Both the position numbers and the translations under genes were made by a program. The notes below the pieces were generated by a model that worked only from the letters and a program-made list of their open reading frames with translations, ran no database searches and was not told the DNA's origin. Below are positions 40,952 through 51,701 of a stretch of DNA of 64,000 nt, piece after piece; the stretch's first letter is position 1; the number at the start of each line of letters is the position of its first letter. This stretch comes from Bythopirellula sp. (GTDB lineage Bacteria > Planctomycetota > Planctomycetia > Pirellulales > Lacipirellulaceae): positions 672,001 to 736,000 of the forward strand of contig OZ244170.1 of assembly GCA_965216565.1 (NCBI GenBank), in the 5' to 3' direction.

Positions 40952-42352
40952 TCAATCGTCAATTAGTACCGACACACGTTTGAGAGTGAGGTACTCCTCT
41001 AAGCTGTACCGGGAACAGTCCTTGCCAATACCGCTTTGCTTGAGACCACCGTGAGGAAGTTGCACAGAATAGTGAGGTTCGTTGACGCAAACACTTCCTG
41101 CCTGAATTTCTCGTGCTGCGTGTAATCCAGTGGAGAGTTTGCTCGTGTAGACATAGGCAGCCAGGCCGTACTGTGTATCGTTAGCCAGCGCGATTTCGTT
41201 GTCATCATCGGTGTACTTAATCACTGGTAGCACAGGGCCAAATATCTCGTCCCGAGCAACCTTCATCCCCGTGGCAACGTCTCTCAAGATAGTCGGCTGG
41301 ATGAAATAACCATCGCCCTCAACCGCCTCGCCGCCACAAACGACCTTTGCACCTTCTGCGACTGCCGACTCGATCAGTCCCAGCGTATATTGTCGGGCTT
41401 CGTCGGTAATCATAGGCCCCATTTTTACATCTAGGGCACGTTCTTCGGCGTGTCGGATGAATTCGTCGTAGACAGATTCGTGGACAAAACATCGGTTGGG
41501 CGATACGCACACCTGGCCACAATTTGCAAACTTCAAATCAACAGTCTTGTTGGCTGCAGCTTGGATGTCTGCATCGGGATAGACGATTACAGGAGCATTG
41601 CCACCAAGCTCAACTGAAAAATGCTTGATGCTGGTGCAGGAAGAATTCATGACTTCCAGTCCGCCCCGAGTTGATCCGATCATCGTGACCATAGCGGGGA
41701 TTTCGCTCGTGAGCAGGCCTTTCGTCACGCTATGGTCGCTACACGTAATCATGTTGATCACGCCGTCAGGAATACCCGCTTCTTGAGCCAAGTAGACAGC
41801 CTCAAGCGATGCCAGTGGAGTCAGTGTTGAAGGTTTAATGATGGCACTGCAGCCAGAAGCAAGTACCGGACCTAGCTTGTAGCCAACATTCAGAAGCGGA
41901 AAATTCCATGCCAACATTCCCACAGCAACCCCCAAGGGTTGACGTAGGGTGTAGTGCAAGAATCGCCCTTCTGGGTCGTGCAGCACCGGTTGATCGAGTC
42001 TTTCAAACTCTTCCACAAAGAAACGTAAGCACGTGACGAGCATGCCAAAATCGTACTCCGCATTGTCCTGCGGCTTTCCAGTTTCGGCCATCAGCAGCGC
42101 AATAATACGCTCGCTATTCTGCTCCAAAACATCGGCGTAATTGAGAATTACCTTCTTACGATCGGCGGGAGTGGTGGACGACCATAACTTGAAGCCTTGC
42201 TGAGCAGACTCCAAGGACTTTTCGATTGAATCCGCATCCGCTTCCGGCACCTGGCCAATGACCCAACCCGTGGATGGGTCGGTCACGTCAATCGCTTTCT
42301 TCGTCGATACTTGCTTCCCACCAATGAGAATGGGATAAAGATTATCGGCCAT
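40952..42352 (-). CDS. NAD(P)-dependent aldehyde dehydrogenase; candidate 3,6-anhydro-D-galactose dehydrogenase (DauA-like)
   Basis: 'AWNFP', 'IKPS', 'ELGGNAP', catalytic 'GQVCVSP', 'EIFGPV'. Specificity inferred from context only. Confidence 0.88.
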   Translation of the reverse strand: MADNLYPILIGGKQVSTKKAIDVTDPSTGWVIGQVPEADADSIEKSLESAQQGFKLWSSTTPADRKKVILNYADVLEQNSERIIALLMAETGKPQDNAEYDFGMLVTCLRFFVEEFERLDQPVLHDPEGRFLHYTLRQPLGVAVGMLAWNFPLLNVGYKLGPVLASGCSAIIKPSTLTPLASLEAVYLAQEAGIPDGVINMITCSDHSVTKGLLTSEIPAMVTMIGSTRGGLEVMNSSCTSIKHFSVELGGNAPVIVYPDADIQAAANKTVDLKFANCGQVCVSPNRCFVHESVYDEFIRHAEERALDVKMGPMITDEARQYTLGLIESAVAEGAKVVCGGEAVEGDGYFIQPTILRDVATGMKVARDEIFGPVLPVIKYTDDDNEIALANDTQYGLAAYVYTSKLSTGLHAAREIQAGSVCVNEPHYSVQLPHGGLKQSGIGKDCSRYSLEEYLTLKRVSVLIDD

Positions 42353-43499
42353 TGATAAGCTCCGATTTTCCTACGCAGTGTTTTTCAATAGCATCCAAAT
42401 CGGGAGCAACTCCTAGTCCTGAAGTAGTTGGAACTTGAAGTACTCCCCCAGTAATTTCTAGACCGTCTTGAAATAATTCATCTCGAAGTGGATTAGGTGT
42501 TCGGTCCACTTCCAACATCGGCTCGGTGATCTCAGCACGACCGGGTTCTACATAAGCGGTCGCGAGAAAGTGTGCTGCGCATGCCAGGTTTATCTGTGTT
42601 CCCCAGCAATGTGGGATGACATTCACACCATGGGAAGAGGCGATTGCCCGAATCTTGAGTGCCTCGGTTGGACCGCCGCAGTACGCCATATCGGGTTGCA
42701 CGATGTGAACGCCACCACTTGCGAGCAGTTGTTGGAAACCCCATCGTGTCTGCTCACATTCACCCGTCGCAATCGGAACATCCAACTTGTCGGCTAACGT
42801 TCGAAATAGCCCAGTGTTCTCAGGCGAAAGTGGCTCTTCGAACCAGGAGAATCGCTGCTCTTCGAGCACTCTGCCAATCTCTATTGCTTCGGGTAGATCG
42901 AAGGCATGGTTAGAGTCGGCCATCAGCCTTGTATTCGGAAATTTAGCTCGCATTTCACGGATCTGAAGCTTATCGAACTCCAGGTTCTTCCCGACCTTGA
43001 TTTTGAGAGCCTTGAAGCCTTGTTCGACATACTCAGCCGCTTCGGTGAGAATAGTATTCAGCAGCTGAGGCTCAGGTTCTTTCCGAAAGTACATGCCGGT
43101 GGCGTAACAATGCACTTGGTCCCGCACCCGTCCTCCCAGGAGCTCAGATGCAGATATATTGAGTAGCTTTCCCTTGAGATCGAGCAGGGCCATGTCGATT
43201 CCCGAAATCGCGCCCATCATGATCCCTTTGCGGGCAAAATCGAGAGATGCCCGCCAGCAGTGTTGCCAGATAGACTCGTTTTTTAACGGGTCACGACCGA
43301 CTACCAGGGGGGCATAGAAGGAATCGATGGCCGATTGGGTTACTGCAGAAGGGCCATAGCATTCTCCCCATCCTGATTTTCCGGTTTCGTCTTGCACCTC
43401 AACTAGCAATGCATTTCGCTTGCTATAATGCCACTGAGAAAAGCCAAAGGACTCTTCCAGCTGGTGTTGAAGCCAATAGGTACGGATAGCACGTATCAT
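42342..43499 (-). CDS. Mandelate racemase/enolase-superfamily enzyme; candidate 3,6-anhydro-D-galactonate cycloisomerase (DauB-like)
   Basis: 'FSQWHY', 'GWGECYGP', 'KIKVG', 'DSNHA', 'WFEEP', 'GECE', 'PH.WG'. First gene of the catabolic arm, next to the ALDH. Confidence 0.85.
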   Translation of the reverse strand: MIRAIRTYWLQHQLEESFGFSQWHYSKRNALLVEVQDETGKSGWGECYGPSAVTQSAIDSFYAPLVVGRDPLKNESIWQHCWRASLDFARKGIMMGAISGIDMALLDLKGKLLNISASELLGGRVRDQVHCYATGMYFRKEPEPQLLNTILTEAAEYVEQGFKALKIKVGKNLEFDKLQIREMRAKFPNTRLMADSNHAFDLPEAIEIGRVLEEQRFSWFEEPLSPENTGLFRTLADKLDVPIATGECEQTRWGFQQLLASGGVHIVQPDMAYCGGPTEALKIRAIASSHGVNVIPHCWGTQINLACAAHFLATAYVEPGRAEITEPMLEVDRTPNPLRDELFQDGLEITGGVLQVPTTSGLGVAPDLDAIEKHCVGKSELINGR

Positions 43500-43691
43500 G
43501 CAATTCAATCACTTACTTAAACGCAGGAAAAACCTGAGTAGTATTCGCATCGAGCTGCACAGCGAATGCTGTAGGGCTCGATTCGGGACATTGCGTCTCC
43601 CCGCTTTCATTCAAGCGAAAGCGCCCATTTGCGTGGGGGATAATTTAAGCCAAGTTGTCATACCTGGACCCCGTGTTCCACACCACGGTCC

Positions 43692-43705
43692 ACCAGTATA
43701 CCAGT
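43692..43705 (-). promoter_or_regulatory. GntR-type operator upstream of the catabolic operon
   Basis: ACCAGTATACCAGT (minus strand ACTGGTATACTGGT, containing a TATACT -10 box). Confidence 0.6.
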
Positions 43706-43851
43706 TGCGATTAGCTTTCGCTAGTACTTGGGGGGAGGCTAAAAAAAGGTTCCCCCGGAAGCAGTTGGCTGTAAGTGTCTGCATTATATAGAGTTGCGCT
43801 TCCAGCTGGGTTGAAAATAGGAGCGTGAGATTATTGTTGATGGCCAAAGTG

Positions 43852-43882
43852 TTGACTAGGTGACTTAGTTCCGGTATACCGG
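43852..43882 (+). promoter_or_regulatory. Sigma70-like promoter of gntR overlapped by a palindromic operator
   Basis: TTGACT (43852-57), 17 nt, TATACC (43875-80). Perfect palindrome CCGGTATACCGG at 43871-43882. Confidence 0.7.
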
Positions 43883-44006
43883 TATGTAGGACTAGAGAGC
43901 GGTTCGCAGCTACATTTTCAGATCTGGTGTTACCGTTAACCTCAGAGTCCGTGATAACGCAGCCAAAGGTGCTAAGCCGTTTGGCCTTATCTGTAGAGGA
44001 TCGAAT

Positions 44007-44753
44007 ATGGCTACTGATGGAAAAGCATCGTTTCTTCGCCACGAAGCTTACGTCTATATCCAGGAGCAGTTGATCGCTGGTCGTTGGGGTCTGAATGATC
44101 GCATTTCGGAGAAGGCAGTTGCCGATGAACTGGGCATCAGTCGTACTCCTGTTCGCGAGGCAATTCGAAAATTGACCACCGAGGGGCTCCTCTATCAGGT
44201 CCCTTCCAGCGGAACGTTCGTCACTAAGCCCGATCGGCAGAGCATTGTCGAAATGTTCGAGGTCCGGTTGGCGCTAGAAGGACTTGCAGCTGAAAAGGCT
44301 GCTTTGATTATTCGTGCTCCGGAAGTGCGGGAGCTACAACGTCAGTTCATTGTGATGCGAAATGCTAGTCGTGCTTTTCGCGATTCTGGCGAGGATTTTA
44401 TGAGTGGAGAGATCTTGGATAGATTTCTCGTGGCCGATCGTTCGATGCACAAGACACTTCTGAGTGTTGCAGATAACAGAATGGCCTGGAATATCGTACA
44501 TAATAGCCGAATTCAAACGTTGATTTTTGGTCTTCACTCTTACGAGCGAGATCTTCACCACATCTCAATTTCTCTGCGTGCACATGGCCGAATTCTATTA
44601 GCGGTAAAGCAGCGAGATGGCATCGCGGCAAAGCACTGGATGGAAAGCCACGTGCGGAACAGTATGGGCGATGCACTTCGCGCTTATGATCATCAAAACA
44701 GTGCAAAGAATGTCGGTTCACGAAGGGAATCGCCTAATCCCGAAGTGCTGTAG
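44007..44753 (+). CDS. GntR-family (FCD domain) transcriptional regulator
   Basis: HTH 'SEKAVADELGISRTPVREAI', 'EVRLALEGLAA', FCD 'H..IL.A...RD...A...M..H'. Confidence 0.93.
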   Translation: MATDGKASFLRHEAYVYIQEQLIAGRWGLNDRISEKAVADELGISRTPVREAIRKLTTEGLLYQVPSSGTFVTKPDRQSIVEMFEVRLALEGLAAEKAALIIRAPEVRELQRQFIVMRNASRAFRDSGEDFMSGEILDRFLVADRSMHKTLLSVADNRMAWNIVHNSRIQTLIFGLHSYERDLHHISISLRAHGRILLAVKQRDGIAAKHWMESHVRNSMGDALRAYDHQNSAKNVGSRRESPNPEVL

Positions 44754-44855
44754 CAGCAGAGCATAAATAAGAATTTGAAATAACCTTTGATCCCAGTTCA
44801 AGATTATTTGCATTTCATTTTTTGATTTTTCATAACTTACACAGGAACCTATGAG

Positions 44856-45971
44856 ATGGACGGTTGTGCAATCAGCAACAAAAACGTTGGTGTCTCTTTC
44901 CTGAGGCCCAACCAGTCGAATGCATCGCGCTTTAGATCGATAGACGCGCGTTTAGCTATTCAACATCCTAGAAAGCAGGCTTTTACGCTAGTTGAATTGC
45001 TAGTGGTGATCGCGATTATTGGCGTGCTGGTCGCATTGCTGCTTCCTGCAGTGCAGTCGGCGCGTGAAGCGGCGAGACGGGCTCAGTGCCTGAATAAGAT
45101 TAAGCAAGCTGGTTTGGCCATGCTGAATTTTGAATCCGCATTCGGCCATTTTCCAGAGGGTACCCGCGGAACGGGGCTCGATACGACTTGCGAGCCTTGG
45201 CCTAGTCTGGCCTTTGGCACTCGTACGCCAAACAATCCCTGTCAAAACGGACCAGGATGGACGATCTTGGTCTTGCCATACTTGGAGCAGCAGGCCCTCT
45301 TCGACCAATTCGACCAGGCCGGCCCGTTTTCGTATATCTATGGACAATGTACGAATAGCGTAAACAATCCGATCCAGCAAACTCCGCTGGGGTTGTGGCA
45401 GTGTACTAGTCATCCTTATGCCCAACCTGACACTCTCCATAGTACCTACTCTGCCTGCACCGGCGGCGGCGATTACGCAGAGCCCGACACAAGTCTCAGC
45501 AGCCCAAGGCTAGGCTGGGAATGCATCACGTTTCGTCCCAGAAGGCCTATCTTTACGAATGGAATTACCGGCTACGATTCCAGAACTACATTCGGTCAGA
45601 TAGAAGACGGCTCTTCCAATACATTTCTGATCGGCGAAACGCATCTCGTCTATCATCCCGATACGCATCCCAACGGGCCTAACTGGTACTCAGGTTGGTC
45701 TTCGTCTTTCGATACCAATAAGAACTTTGGCATCACGATCAATGCGGCTGCAGCTAGCCGTCCAATCAACTTTAGTCCCTTCAACATTGACGAAACTATC
45801 TGGAATCCTCCCGGAGATAGGGCTACCGAATTCGGCAGCTACCATCCTGGCGGAGCGCATTTTGTGTTTGCTGACGGTTCGGCCACATTTATTTCAGAAG
45901 ATGTTGACGAGTTAGCCTACTGGGCATTGGGCAGCAAGGATGACGGTGTACCTACAGGAGTTATACAGTGA
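44856..45971 (+). CDS. DUF1559 prepilin-type N-terminal / H-X9-DG protein
   Basis: 'AFTLVELLVVIAIIGVLVALLLPAVQSAREAARR', 'DGSSNTFLIGE', 'HPGGAHFVFADGS'. Confidence 0.93.
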   Translation: MDGCAISNKNVGVSFLRPNQSNASRFRSIDARLAIQHPRKQAFTLVELLVVIAIIGVLVALLLPAVQSAREAARRAQCLNKIKQAGLAMLNFESAFGHFPEGTRGTGLDTTCEPWPSLAFGTRTPNNPCQNGPGWTILVLPYLEQQALFDQFDQAGPFSYIYGQCTNSVNNPIQQTPLGLWQCTSHPYAQPDTLHSTYSACTGGGDYAEPDTSLSSPRLGWECITFRPRRPIFTNGITGYDSRTTFGQIEDGSSNTFLIGETHLVYHPDTHPNGPNWYSGWSSSFDTNKNFGITINAAAASRPINFSPFNIDETIWNPPGDRATEFGSYHPGGAHFVFADGSATFISEDVDELAYWALGSKDDGVPTGVIQ

Positions 45972-46396
45972 CTTATCAACGAGCATTTTTGCTAATTGCG
46001 ATGGTGATTTCTATCTCGGCAATAGGGTGCAGCGATGGCGGTGTACCAAGAAATAACCTAGCTGGAACTGTCACCTACGAAGGCAAGCCGGTCCCTGCTG
46101 GCAGAATCATGTTCCGCCCAGACCGCTCTAAGGGAGGAAAGGGGCCAGCCGGATTCGCTCAAATTGTAGATGGTAAATACGATACAAGTAGTTCAGGAAA
46201 AGGCGCTATCACTGGGCCTGTTGAAGTCTCTATTGAAGGCTTTGTTAGTAACCAGCCCTTGGCTCCGGCAATGTTTGTCCCTTACAAGACCACGACGGAT
46301 GTTTCGGGGGACGCCGAAGAGGTCGACTTTGTGGTTCCCGAAGGAACAGCTCCTCCAAAAAGCTGGCGAGTGCCTGCGAAGAGGGACGACGGTTAG
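45968..46396 (+). CDS. Small lipoprotein typically coupled to DUF1559 genes
   Basis: Lipobox 'AIGC', 'GTVTYEGKPV..G.I.F.P'. GTGA overlap with the DUF1559 stop. Confidence 0.8.
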   Translation: MTYQRAFLLIAMVISISAIGCSDGGVPRNNLAGTVTYEGKPVPAGRIMFRPDRSKGGKGPAGFAQIVDGKYDTSSSGKGAITGPVEVSIEGFVSNQPLAPAMFVPYKTTTDVSGDAEEVDFVVPEGTAPPKSWRVPAKRDDG

Positions 46397-46521
46397 TTTT
46401 TTAGAGAGTGAATTACCGAATTACAACTTGAAGGCAGCAGCTTAGCTTGCATGGATATTGCCTCTTATTTCAACCAATTGGATTTAACAACTCGCATCGG
46501 CAACAGAAATAGTCAATTACC

Positions 46522-49500
46522 ATGAATTTTCGAAATACCATATTTGCAGTAGCCACGTTCTCGCTAGCCGTGACTGTCACAACTCATTCGAGTCGAGCCC
46601 AAGCCACGCCCAATGTCGTGATGATCATCGCAGACGACGCGGGTTATGCGGACTGGGGGTTCATGAACGGGGTCAACGGTAGTAATCCTACACCGACTGA
46701 TATTCCCACGCCGAACCTCGATGCACTGGCAAATCGTGGCGTTAAGTTCTCCAGAGCTTATGTGCATTCCAATTGCCAGCCAACGCGTGCCGGTTTGGTT
46801 ACGGGCGGATATCCCTATCGCATCGGCAACGAAGTCGTTGGCAATAACTACTACTTGCCATCACAAGGTTTTGCACCTGATGGAGTTCCCGAGGGAGTTC
46901 CAGCGGCTACCGAGACCATCTGGGAACGCATGAAGTCGCAGGGCTATTCCACAGGTGCGATTGGCAAATGGCATTTGGGGCAAACTGAGGGAATCAATCG
47001 ACCGCAACATCAGGGAGTCGACGAATTCTACGGAATCTGGCACGGATCAAGAACCTATAGCGTCGGCAATGCTGGCCTGCCCGCAACGCAGCTATTGCGT
47101 GCAACAACTGTTGATCCTAATGGCTTGGTGAATGATACGGTTGTCGAGACCGATCCGAACAATAACGGCGAATACATCACCAACACTTTTGGTGACTACG
47201 CCGTGCAGTTCATCAACGAACATCACGACGACGCCGATCCTTTCTTCCTGTATCAGTCATTTACCGCCCCGCACACTCCAGTTGGAAATTCGCCTGACAT
47301 TAACGACCCAAGTATTGCTGGACTCACGGGCCAGAGAAAACAGTATGCATCGATGATGCTCACCATGGACAAGGAGATCGGCCGAATCATCGACCGCCTC
47401 GAAGATCCTGACGGAGACGGAAACACAAGTGACAGTATCACCGACGACACCATGATTGTGTTCATCAACGATAATGGTGGTGCCGATGCACTCTCTTCTT
47501 CTCCTAACGGGGCCGATAATGGTGTTCTTCGCCGCGGCAAAGGTACCCCTTGGGAAGGCGGTATTCGTGTACCCATGATTATTGCTGGGGCCGGGGTCAA
47601 TCAAGCTGTCGAGGGAACGACTTACAACAAGCCAGTCCACGGCATCGACATCCTGCCAACCGTGTTTAACGCAGGAGGAGGAACTTTCGGACCTGGCGAC
47701 ACAGGCATAGACGGGGTCGATCTGCTCCCGTTCATCAATGGCACAGACACCAACAACCCGCACGAAACCGTGCTGTATCGGCAACGCTCCCAGTTTGCCT
47801 TGATCAAAGACGATTGGAAACTCGTATGGTCGGGTGGATCCCCTTCGCCGAATCACCACCTTTACAATTTGGGGACGGACATTAGCGAAACCAACAACGT
47901 GGCCGGAGCGAATCCAGCATTAGTGGCTGAATTGCAACGCGACTTGACTGATCACGAAGTCGAGTTCGACAAGCAACGTTACGAAATCCTGGGCCAAACC
48001 TCTGAAACCACGATTAATATTTTCGATCACTTTACTCTCAATCCCACTGATCCTGGGGGCGGAGTCACCGATATCATCGAAGGCTCAACAGGCAATGGCG
48101 ACTTCGAAGATAGCGAAGATCCCGGCAACCCAGCCACAGTGACTGGCGCCATTGACTTTGCAAACACAGCGAACTGGTTCCACGCGAACAATACGGGTCC
48201 CAACGAGGGCATCAACTTTACGAACGACAGCCAGACGAACGGCAGCTCGCAAGGTGGTTCGCGGGCTGGCATGCCATTCCAGAACAGATTTCAGATCAAC
48301 GATTCTGGGTTCACCGTTACCGCAGCTGGCGAAACATTCGATCTAAGCTACGACTTTGGTGCCGGCGGAAACGATCTGAATTGGGATGGCGACGAGTTCT
48401 TGCGAGCGTTCCTTTTCACATCTACGACAGGTGTTGATGGCGATACGGTCGTCGGGGATATGACGGAAGTGGCCGTCGATATCTACAACGTTCCCGATCC
48501 AACTTCGAATCCCCAGTGGACGACCCACTCCTCCACAGCCTTCTACACAACAACCGCGGGCGATATCGGGAAGACGTTCTACTTTGGCATGGAGTTCAAG
48601 GATCCGGCGGTGACGAGCCTGTTGTTCCCACGCATCGATGTCATCGATCTTAGTGTCACTTCACCTGGTGGTGGGGGGGCCTCGGTGTCCGATTGGTCGG
48701 ACAATAACGCCTGGTTTGAAGGAGGCACGAGCAACTCCGAAACTCTGCTAAACGCCGATGCATTTGCTGGGGCCATTCTGGAATTTCCCACAACCGAGAC
48801 CTTCAGCTACGTGTCCAATAACGACATGATCCGCAACACAGGTCTGGAATTTATGCTGAATAAGATCATTCTCAGCGGCAATTTCACTGGTGGGTCTGAT
48901 CAAAACGCTACCATCCAGGGTAACGACTTGCTGTTTACGGATGACTTGAGTGGCGTTGGTCCTCAAATCGCAGTGGACGCCACGAATGGTGGCGGGAACG
49001 GTTTTAGCTACGACATTGATCTCAACTTGGTGATGTACGACGACCTCACGCTCACCGGCAATGGCGACGTGACTGTGACAATCAATGGTGTTGTCAGCAG
49101 CTATTTCGATCCGAGTGGTTTAATCAAAGACGGGACTAGCACGGTGGTGCTAACTGCAGCCAATACTTACGCCGGCGATACCTCGGTGCTGGACGGAACA
49201 CTCTCGCTCCAGAACGACTTCCTGGCCGACTTGGCTGATGTGTTGCTCACTACAGGCGGCATCTTAGACTTAGATTTTATTGGAACCGATACGATCGATT
49301 CACTGTTTATCGATGGCAACTCGCAAGCTGTGGGTACTTGGGGAGGAATCGGTTCGGGAGCGGATAATGAAACGAGCCTGATCACCGGGAGTGGTTTGTT
49401 GATGGTCTCTACGCTAGCTGGTCTGGCGGGCGACTTCGACAACAGTGGCCGAGTCGATGGACTCGACTTTCTCCTGTGGCAGCAAAACCCAAGTGTCGGC

Positions 49501-49635
49501 AGCCTTTCCGACTGGGAAGCCAACTATGGAATGACAGCCCCCATAGCTGCAAATGCCTCTGCGGTTCCAGAGCCTTCGTCAGCTGTTTTGCTCCTAGCGG
49601 GACTGGGGCTCGCCATTTCGCGCCGACGCAGATAG
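46522..49635 (+). CDS. Surface S1 sulfatase + inserted unknown module + autotransporter-associated beta-strand repeat + dockerin-like + PEP-CTERM
   Basis: Signal peptide, 'DDAGYAD', 'CQPTRA', 'GKWHLG', 'LIKDGTSTVVLTAANTYAGDTSVLDGTL', 'GDFDNSGRVDGLDFLLWQ', 'VPEPSSAVLLLAGLGLAISRRRR'. Confidence 0.9.
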   Translation: MNFRNTIFAVATFSLAVTVTTHSSRAQATPNVVMIIADDAGYADWGFMNGVNGSNPTPTDIPTPNLDALANRGVKFSRAYVHSNCQPTRAGLVTGGYPYRIGNEVVGNNYYLPSQGFAPDGVPEGVPAATETIWERMKSQGYSTGAIGKWHLGQTEGINRPQHQGVDEFYGIWHGSRTYSVGNAGLPATQLLRATTVDPNGLVNDTVVETDPNNNGEYITNTFGDYAVQFINEHHDDADPFFLYQSFTAPHTPVGNSPDINDPSIAGLTGQRKQYASMMLTMDKEIGRIIDRLEDPDGDGNTSDSITDDTMIVFINDNGGADALSSSPNGADNGVLRRGKGTPWEGGIRVPMIIAGAGVNQAVEGTTYNKPVHGIDILPTVFNAGGGTFGPGDTGIDGVDLLPFINGTDTNNPHETVLYRQRSQFALIKDDWKLVWSGGSPSPNHHLYNLGTDISETNNVAGANPALVAELQRDLTDHEVEFDKQRYEILGQTSETTINIFDHFTLNPTDPGGGVTDIIEGSTGNGDFEDSEDPGNPATVTGAIDFANTANWFHANNTGPNEGINFTNDSQTNGSSQGGSRAGMPFQNRFQINDSGFTVTAAGETFDLSYDFGAGGNDLNWDGDEFLRAFLFTSTTGVDGDTVVGDMTEVAVDIYNVPDPTSNPQWTTHSSTAFYTTTAGDIGKTFYFGMEFKDPAVTSLLFPRIDVIDLSVTSPGGGGASVSDWSDNNAWFEGGTSNSETLLNADAFAGAILEFPTTETFSYVSNNDMIRNTGLEFMLNKIILSGNFTGGSDQNATIQGNDLLFTDDLSGVGPQIAVDATNGGGNGFSYDIDLNLVMYDDLTLTGNGDVTVTINGVVSSYFDPSGLIKDGTSTVVLTAANTYAGDTSVLDGTLSLQNDFLADLADVLLTTGGILDLDFIGTDTIDSLFIDGNSQAVGTWGGIGSGADNETSLITGSGLLMVSTLAGLAGDFDNSGRVDGLDFLLWQQNPSVGSLSDWEANYGMTAPIAANASAVPEPSSAVLLLAGLGLAISRRRR

Positions 49636-49784
49636 GTCAATCAAGCTTGGAACGGAAATTATCGAGTTGAAATCCACATCGGACTTCCGTTTATGGTATT
49701 TCACCAATGCTGGAGGACGTTTCGAAGAATTCAGCCGTAAATGCTCATTTTTTGCGAGATAGGCAGGATATAACGAACAAATAA

Positions 49785-49816
49785 TTGACACCAATTTTAC
49801 CAACCGGTATACTGGT
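49785..49816 (+). promoter_or_regulatory. Sigma70 promoter overlapped by a GntR-type operator
   Basis: TTGACA (49785-90), 17 nt, TATACT (49808-13), within ACCGGTATACTGGT (49803-49816). Confidence 0.75.
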
Positions 49817-50074
49817 CTTCGTAATTGGTATCCGTCGAATCTGGAGCAGTCTATGCCTGCGATCAGTTCACGCTCGGAGCATCATACGTCTCATCTTTTT
49901 TCTGTTCACGAACTTAATCTGAGGGCTTCTCACTAAGCAGTTATTCAAAGCTCGATTTCATTGTCCTGCTGATGGATGACGCCCGCACTATTTCATAAAC
50001 AACACTGTTTTTCTCGATGCATCGAATGCATTGGATAACTTATCGTTACACACGGTCGAGGGAAGGAAGATCTA

Positions 50075-51694
50075 ATGAGCAACCTGATAAGACTGGCTCT
50101 CCTAGTCGTATTCATAACTGCCAGTAGCCAAGTTCAGGCGGTTGAGACCATCATCATAAATGGCACGGTTGGTGACGGCGACTTTGAGTTTCCAGAAGAT
50201 CCTAATAACCCTGGTTTAGTGACCGGAGCTGTCCCATTCACGGGGCATCCCAATTGGTTTCACGCCAACAATACCGGGCCAAATGAAACGATTCCTTTCT
50301 CACAAGATTCGCAAACTAACGGCAGTTCTCAGCCTGGTTCACGAGCCGGAATGCCGTTTCAAAATCGGGTTCAAATCAATAACACTGCCTATACCATCAC
50401 CGAGGCAGGAGTGCCATTCAACATCAGCTATGACTTTGGAGCGGGCGGTAACGCTGCCAATTGGACCGGCGACGAAGTAATGCGAACATTCTTGTTCGAG
50501 TCGTCAACGCCAGTCGATCCGAACACGATTGTTGGCGACATCACCGAACTCGGTGCCGATCTTTACAATATCGATCGAGCCAACGATCCCCAGTGGACAA
50601 CTAGATCGACAGATGCCTTCTATACGTCCACCGTTGGCGACATTGGCAAGACCGTGTATTTCGGAATGGAATTTCAAGACCCTGCGGGGCCCCTCCTTTT
50701 CCCCCGTATCGATGTCGTCCGCTTCACTGCGGGGACACCTGAAATCTACGATTTGGAATTCAATGCAGCCCTTAACCCTGCCGATGGCACGACCGCCTGG
50801 CAGCCCAATGTCGATCAAGGTCCGCAACCGGGTGGGCAGCCCACCGAATTCTTCACCTTCGCTGCTGCAGAATCCTTCGCTACGGTCAACGATCCTAGCG
50901 TTCCCGGAATTACGGGTAGCTACAGTGCCGGTGGAGTAGGGCGTCTGCCTGCCCCTTCGGAAGGTGCGGCCGGCCAGGTCGATAGTTCTTTTGAAGTTTG
51001 GTTCAAACCCAATAGTCTATTGGATGGCGAGCAAGTGATCGCTGATTTTGGCGGACTTTCAAATGGTTCGTACATTAGCCTCGATGACAATATCCTCAGT
51101 TTCTACACTACCTCGGGAGGTGCTTCCGGGACGGTATCGACTACGCTAAGCAGCGACGATTGGACACAAGTCGTTGCCAATTGGACCCCCACCGGTGACC
51201 TCGAACTGTTTGTGAATGGGCAGTCTGTTGACACTGCTTCGGGAACAGCGTTCAACAGATTTGGTGGCGGCAATCAGTGGGGACTTGGACAGGTGGGTGG
51301 CGACCCCAATGATGGACTTGCTATCGGAGGCCCGGTCACAACCGATCCCAACAATATCAGCGACGTCGATTTCGCTGGTGAAATTGGCCTATTCCGATAC
51401 TATCCGATTGCCCTTTCGGGTTCTCAAGTTCTAGATTCCTACGATGCCATTGCTGCTGCGGGAATCGCGGGCGATTTCGACGGTAGCGGTGTTGTAGACG
51501 GCCTCGATTTCCTGCTCTGGCAGACCGACCCCAATGTGGGTGATCTGGCTGACTGGGAGAATAACTACGGCACAGGCGGTTTGTCTGCGAATGTCTCTGC
51601 TGTTCCTGAGCCTGGTAGTTTGATGCTGTTTGCTTGTACGGCCATTTCTGTCGCGTTGCGGCGGAAGAGAGGTCTTACTTACTGCTTAAAGTAA
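50075..51694 (+). CDS. Surface protein: unknown module + LamG/ConA-like domain + dockerin-like + PEP-CTERM
   Basis: Signal peptide, shared 'GDGDFE...FPRIDVV' module, LamG 'SFEVWFKP...WTQVVANW...LFVNG', 'VPEPGS...RRKR'. Confidence 0.85.
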   Translation: MSNLIRLALLVVFITASSQVQAVETIIINGTVGDGDFEFPEDPNNPGLVTGAVPFTGHPNWFHANNTGPNETIPFSQDSQTNGSSQPGSRAGMPFQNRVQINNTAYTITEAGVPFNISYDFGAGGNAANWTGDEVMRTFLFESSTPVDPNTIVGDITELGADLYNIDRANDPQWTTRSTDAFYTSTVGDIGKTVYFGMEFQDPAGPLLFPRIDVVRFTAGTPEIYDLEFNAALNPADGTTAWQPNVDQGPQPGGQPTEFFTFAAAESFATVNDPSVPGITGSYSAGGVGRLPAPSEGAAGQVDSSFEVWFKPNSLLDGEQVIADFGGLSNGSYISLDDNILSFYTTSGGASGTVSTTLSSDDWTQVVANWTPTGDLELFVNGQSVDTASGTAFNRFGGGNQWGLGQVGGDPNDGLAIGGPVTTDPNNISDVDFAGEIGLFRYYPIALSGSQVLDSYDAIAAAGIAGDFDGSGVVDGLDFLLWQTDPNVGDLADWENNYGTGGLSANVSAVPEPGSLMLFACTAISVALRRKRGLTYCLK

Positions 51695-51701
51695 TTTGAT
51701 T

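Noticed and set aside
43498..44042. 97-aa and 143-aa ORFs in the divergent promoter region
   Set aside because: No recognisable features. The region is better explained by promoters and operators.
49120..49210. Autotransporter
   Set aside because: Only a single passenger-associated beta-strand repeat is present. There is no C-terminal beta-barrel, and the protein ends in PEP-CTERM.
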